A stretch of DNA of 64,000 bases, taken from Paraspadella gotoi. Lineage: Eukaryota > Animalia > Chaetognatha. Within the stretch, counting starts at the first letter, position 1, and each line of letters opens with the position of its first letter. Below, one piece after another: positions 55,585-64,000 of the stretch. The stretch is from assembly GCA_051294375.1 (NCBI GenBank), contig CM119270.1, forward strand, positions 9,239,530 through 9,303,529. The letters run 5' to 3'. The notes under the pieces were generated by a model. It saw only the letters and a program-made list of their open reading frames with translations, was not told the origin of the DNA and did not search any database. Both the position numbers and the translations under genes were made by a program.

Positions 55585-58066
55585 GAGAGAGAGAGAGAGA
55601 GAGAGAGAGAAAGTACCAGGAAGAGCAATGACGGAAGATAAGAAGAGCTTTCGGAAAGTAAAGGAGGAGGAAGAGAGAGTCAGAGGATGACTACAAGAGA
55701 AGAAGAGATTGGAGGGAAAACCTTGAGAGACACAAAGATGACTGCTTCACCTCATCTACATCCCCCCCACCCCCACCCTTCCACCTAAAATGTGGCGGCG
55801 TTAGTGGACGAGAGAAGGGTTGGCGTGGGTCTGGGCTAGTTTAAAGATCTGACAATGATGAAAAGCTTTGACTGCAATGATAAGCCAAGGGGCAATGCAC
55901 AGTTTATTTACTGTTTTAAAACTGAGTTTATTTACGCGTAAACTACACGATTCAGTTTTACGCATTTTTTAAAAATTTTTAAAAATTCCGACAATAAATT
56001 GTATTAGCTCCAATCTTATGAATCTATGTAGTTATTTTAGTAATTGTACATTTTAATTAGAATTGAAAATACTTTGTGCCGTGACATTTTGTTTCATGTC
56101 GAGTTTTCGACTTCCTCCTCCAGACGTCGAAATTGAATAATGAAAACTGATGTAATGAACAAAAGACAAGCAGACACTGGTCTGGTAGATTTAAGTTTTA
56201 CTTAAACAATTTTCCAAAAATTGTGAACATGGGACTCGTCTGACGAAAACGACGTAAACTGATCTGGTTGTAGTTCTCAAATCCATGCAAAATTAAAAGC
56301 GGTAACCGAAATATTCCGTTGAGCAAGTGGATCGGACTCGGGTGTTATAAAATTAGGCTTCGAAAAAAAAATAAACATTTAGCGATCAAAGATCACAAGG
56401 TACAAAGCTGGTGTCTGCTTAGTGGTAAGTTTCTCCGCACCCTTAAGGCTGACTTTTGACCTTTTTCACGTCTGAGAAAAAGAAAGAGTTTAAGAGCAAG
56501 CACCCTTCTGCCCCTCCCCCCTCCACTAGAGGTAGCCGACCAAATTCAAATTTTAATGGGAACGAGCATTAAACTATCCATTATATTATTACATTATTGT
56601 ATGTTAAATATTTTTTTACCAAAAATGTTCCGAAACCATGCGAATAATTTCTCCTACATTAAATATTATTTTATTGCTATATAATGTCAAAAAATCTTTT
56701 TTGGATATTTTAAGTTTTTTTAATTGATTCTGATAGAGCTTAAAAAGTTAAGCAAAAAATATATTACAACTTTTTAAAATTTTTGTTGTTTTATTACTAA
56801 AAATTAGTAAAAACTGCTAAAAATCATCGGGATGATGGATGATGATGATGATTTTTTAAGGTTTTTCTTCCAATTTAAACCCACTTATCATCCAAAATAT
56901 TGAAAAAAGAATTTATACTTTGTGTAATGATAACTTTTTCATTAAGCTATTGAATCTGCTTTTAAAAATAAAAAATTCAAAAAAAATTTTTGTACATTTC
57001 CTATCTATAAATAAATATAAAAAATTAATTACTAATGCTTCTTGCCATTTTAGAAAATTTGCTCCATTGAAAGTTTTTCAGAAATGTATGAAGTTTCATT
57101 TGGAAAGGTTCCCAAATCAAACTTCTGACCCACCCATTGACGAAGTTTGAGCCTTCTACCTCCACCCCCCCCCTTCGACTCTCTCACTTTTTCAGCTGAG
57201 GAATCGAATCGGCTTCTCGAATGACTTTTCTTCTTCTATTCCCCGCCTTGACTTCTTACTCTTTCGGACTTAACCTCTCTGCCCATTTCTCTTTTCTGTC
57301 ATTCTTCTCACTTTTCCTTCATTTCAACGACTTATTCCTTTTCCTTATTCCTTTTAATTTTATTGATTACTTAACGAATTAAATAGTTTCTTCTTTCACG
57401 TCTCTTAACCCCTCTTTACTTCTCACTCCACTTCACTTCTCTTGGCTTTCAACCCCTGCCTTGAACCCAGTCAAGATTTTTTTTCTCCGTCCGGCTTCGC
57501 TCGCGGCTTCGGCGTGACAAGCCTCAACGACGATGACGACGACAGAGACGACGATGACGACGACAAGAAAAAGGGCCGGCCTTTGGTGAAGAGGGCCTGA
57601 CGAGGTTGCAGGGGTCCTCGTTTCGGTTATTCTTTTGTACTAATTAAAATTTAAACTAATTATAAATTAATGAATAAAGATCGTAAAACAAAAAAAGAAG
57701 GAAATAATTAATTCCTGTCGATATTGACATTAACTACAGCCTACTTGGGAAAGAGAACTGTACAAAAAGACCTTGAATGTGCTCCTTACAGTAACCCAAC
57801 TGTATATTTGATTAAGATTGAAAGGGCAGCCTGCCGGAGTTTCTGAAAATGGAAACCCCCTTGTCGATCCGTGTACCTTTAAAAACTCGTTCAGTTTCAT
57901 GAGCGATTCCTTTTCCCCCGAAATCAGCCAAGAAAGGAAATCTACAATTTCAGTTTCTGTTTGGTAAGTCGGAAAAAAAAACTATTGAATAAAAATATTT
58001 CAACGTAAACTGCTAATGAATAAAAATATTTTTTTTGGCAGATTTCAATACAAGCCGTTCTCGACA

Positions 58067-62985
<4,919 letters not shown>

Positions 62986-64000
62986 GAAGTCATTGATGGA
63001 GTTGATGGAGAGACGAGGTGCTTGGGTGGTTGAGGGATGTTTCACGTGATCGGCGCGAAAGTCACGTCACTGGTCAATCAATCGCGCGACGGTGGTAACG
63101 TAGTTAGATCCGAAATTAAAAACTCCGAGTCACGTTTCGAAAGTTTTTAATTGTTACAACGACATCCATTAAAAGTTGAATCGAATTCCAACAATAATAT
63201 TATTAGTATTTCAACTTTTTTAGCTTAATGAGAAAATCTATTGTTCGGAGGGGAGAGGATGGAAGGGCGGGGGCTGAGACGCTTCTCTTTCTTGAAGCCT
63301 GTTCGCTAGTGCACGAACATAATTTTTAGTTCCAGCTTGACCGTGTGTTGATTTTGAATAACTGTTGTCTTTCTTGTTGCCGAATTATTTTTTAGTCGAA
63401 CTTTTTTGTCGTTCATTCTCTTCGTTTTGATATTGAACATCGAATTTCATTTGATTTTTTTTTCGTTTTAAATTTTGGTAGATTTGATCGTTAAATCGTT
63501 TGATCGTTAAAATTTTTAACTTATATTGCAAATGGTAATTGAGTTTCGATGTCTAGTTTGAACGGAGAATGAACCTCTATTCCATGTCATTTTATCTCGT
63601 GTTCCTTTTGTTAATGAAAATTCAATGCAAAAAGTTCCGTAAAATTTTAATTTAAGCACCCCTGAGTTAAGAGGAGTTTTCAGATATTGTATTGTGTACT
63701 ATGTAGTTAGATAGTAGGCAGCGACGATGTGGGTGTGAGAGAGAGTGTGTGTGTGAGTGAGTGAGTGAGATAGTGTGAGAGAGAGAGAGAGAGCGTTTTT
63801 GTTTTCATCTAAATTTTTTCTATGCTTATTTTTCATCCATTACTTCCTCACATCATTTTCCTCTTCCTTCTCTTCACACTCATTATACAATCAATGTAAC
63901 CATTACAAACGTCTCACGTGGAGAGATCTCCAAAGATCGCAAAAAGTCACAACAATAAGAAACGGATCCCCTCGTTTCCCTTTTTTTTATTTTCTGAATT

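Noticed and set aside
54264-55690. Long ORFs spanning N runs
   Set aside because: Open only because N codons are not stops.

Overview
Intron-rich eukaryotic DNA, probably from an invertebrate animal, with GC-rich exons, AT-rich introns, many (AG)n microsatellites and three N gaps. Reading splice sites and codon phase by hand gives five multi-exon genes. On the minus strand: TTLL11-like tubulin polyglutamylase (6153-13390), SPATA6-family protein (16115-24341), ERICH3/DUF4590 protein (25624-39416) and an apparently very large (~1,780 aa) DUSP6/7-type MAP kinase phosphatase (41901-49668). On the plus strand: MTHFR (58067-62985). A sixth, unidentified minus-strand coding segment runs off the left edge (1-381). 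A tRNA-Pro(CGG) lies antisense inside an ERICH3 intron that appears to be GC-AG, in-frame and stop-free. ERICH3 introns also hold a TTAA-flanked fold-back MITE and a head-to-head pair of (GTCY)n Helentron/DINE-like repeats. The main oddities are single-base frame disruptions in otherwise clean genes (a self-compensating pair in ERICH3 exon 2, two more in ERICH3, and a net-in-frame indel cluster scrambling the MTHFR CVAGYP motif), which could be base-calling errors. Others are the large repeat-rich extension of the phosphatase, a G-U-rich pre-miRNA-like hairpin, and a same-strand trio of ciliary genes. All family assignments come from recalled motifs, not database searches.
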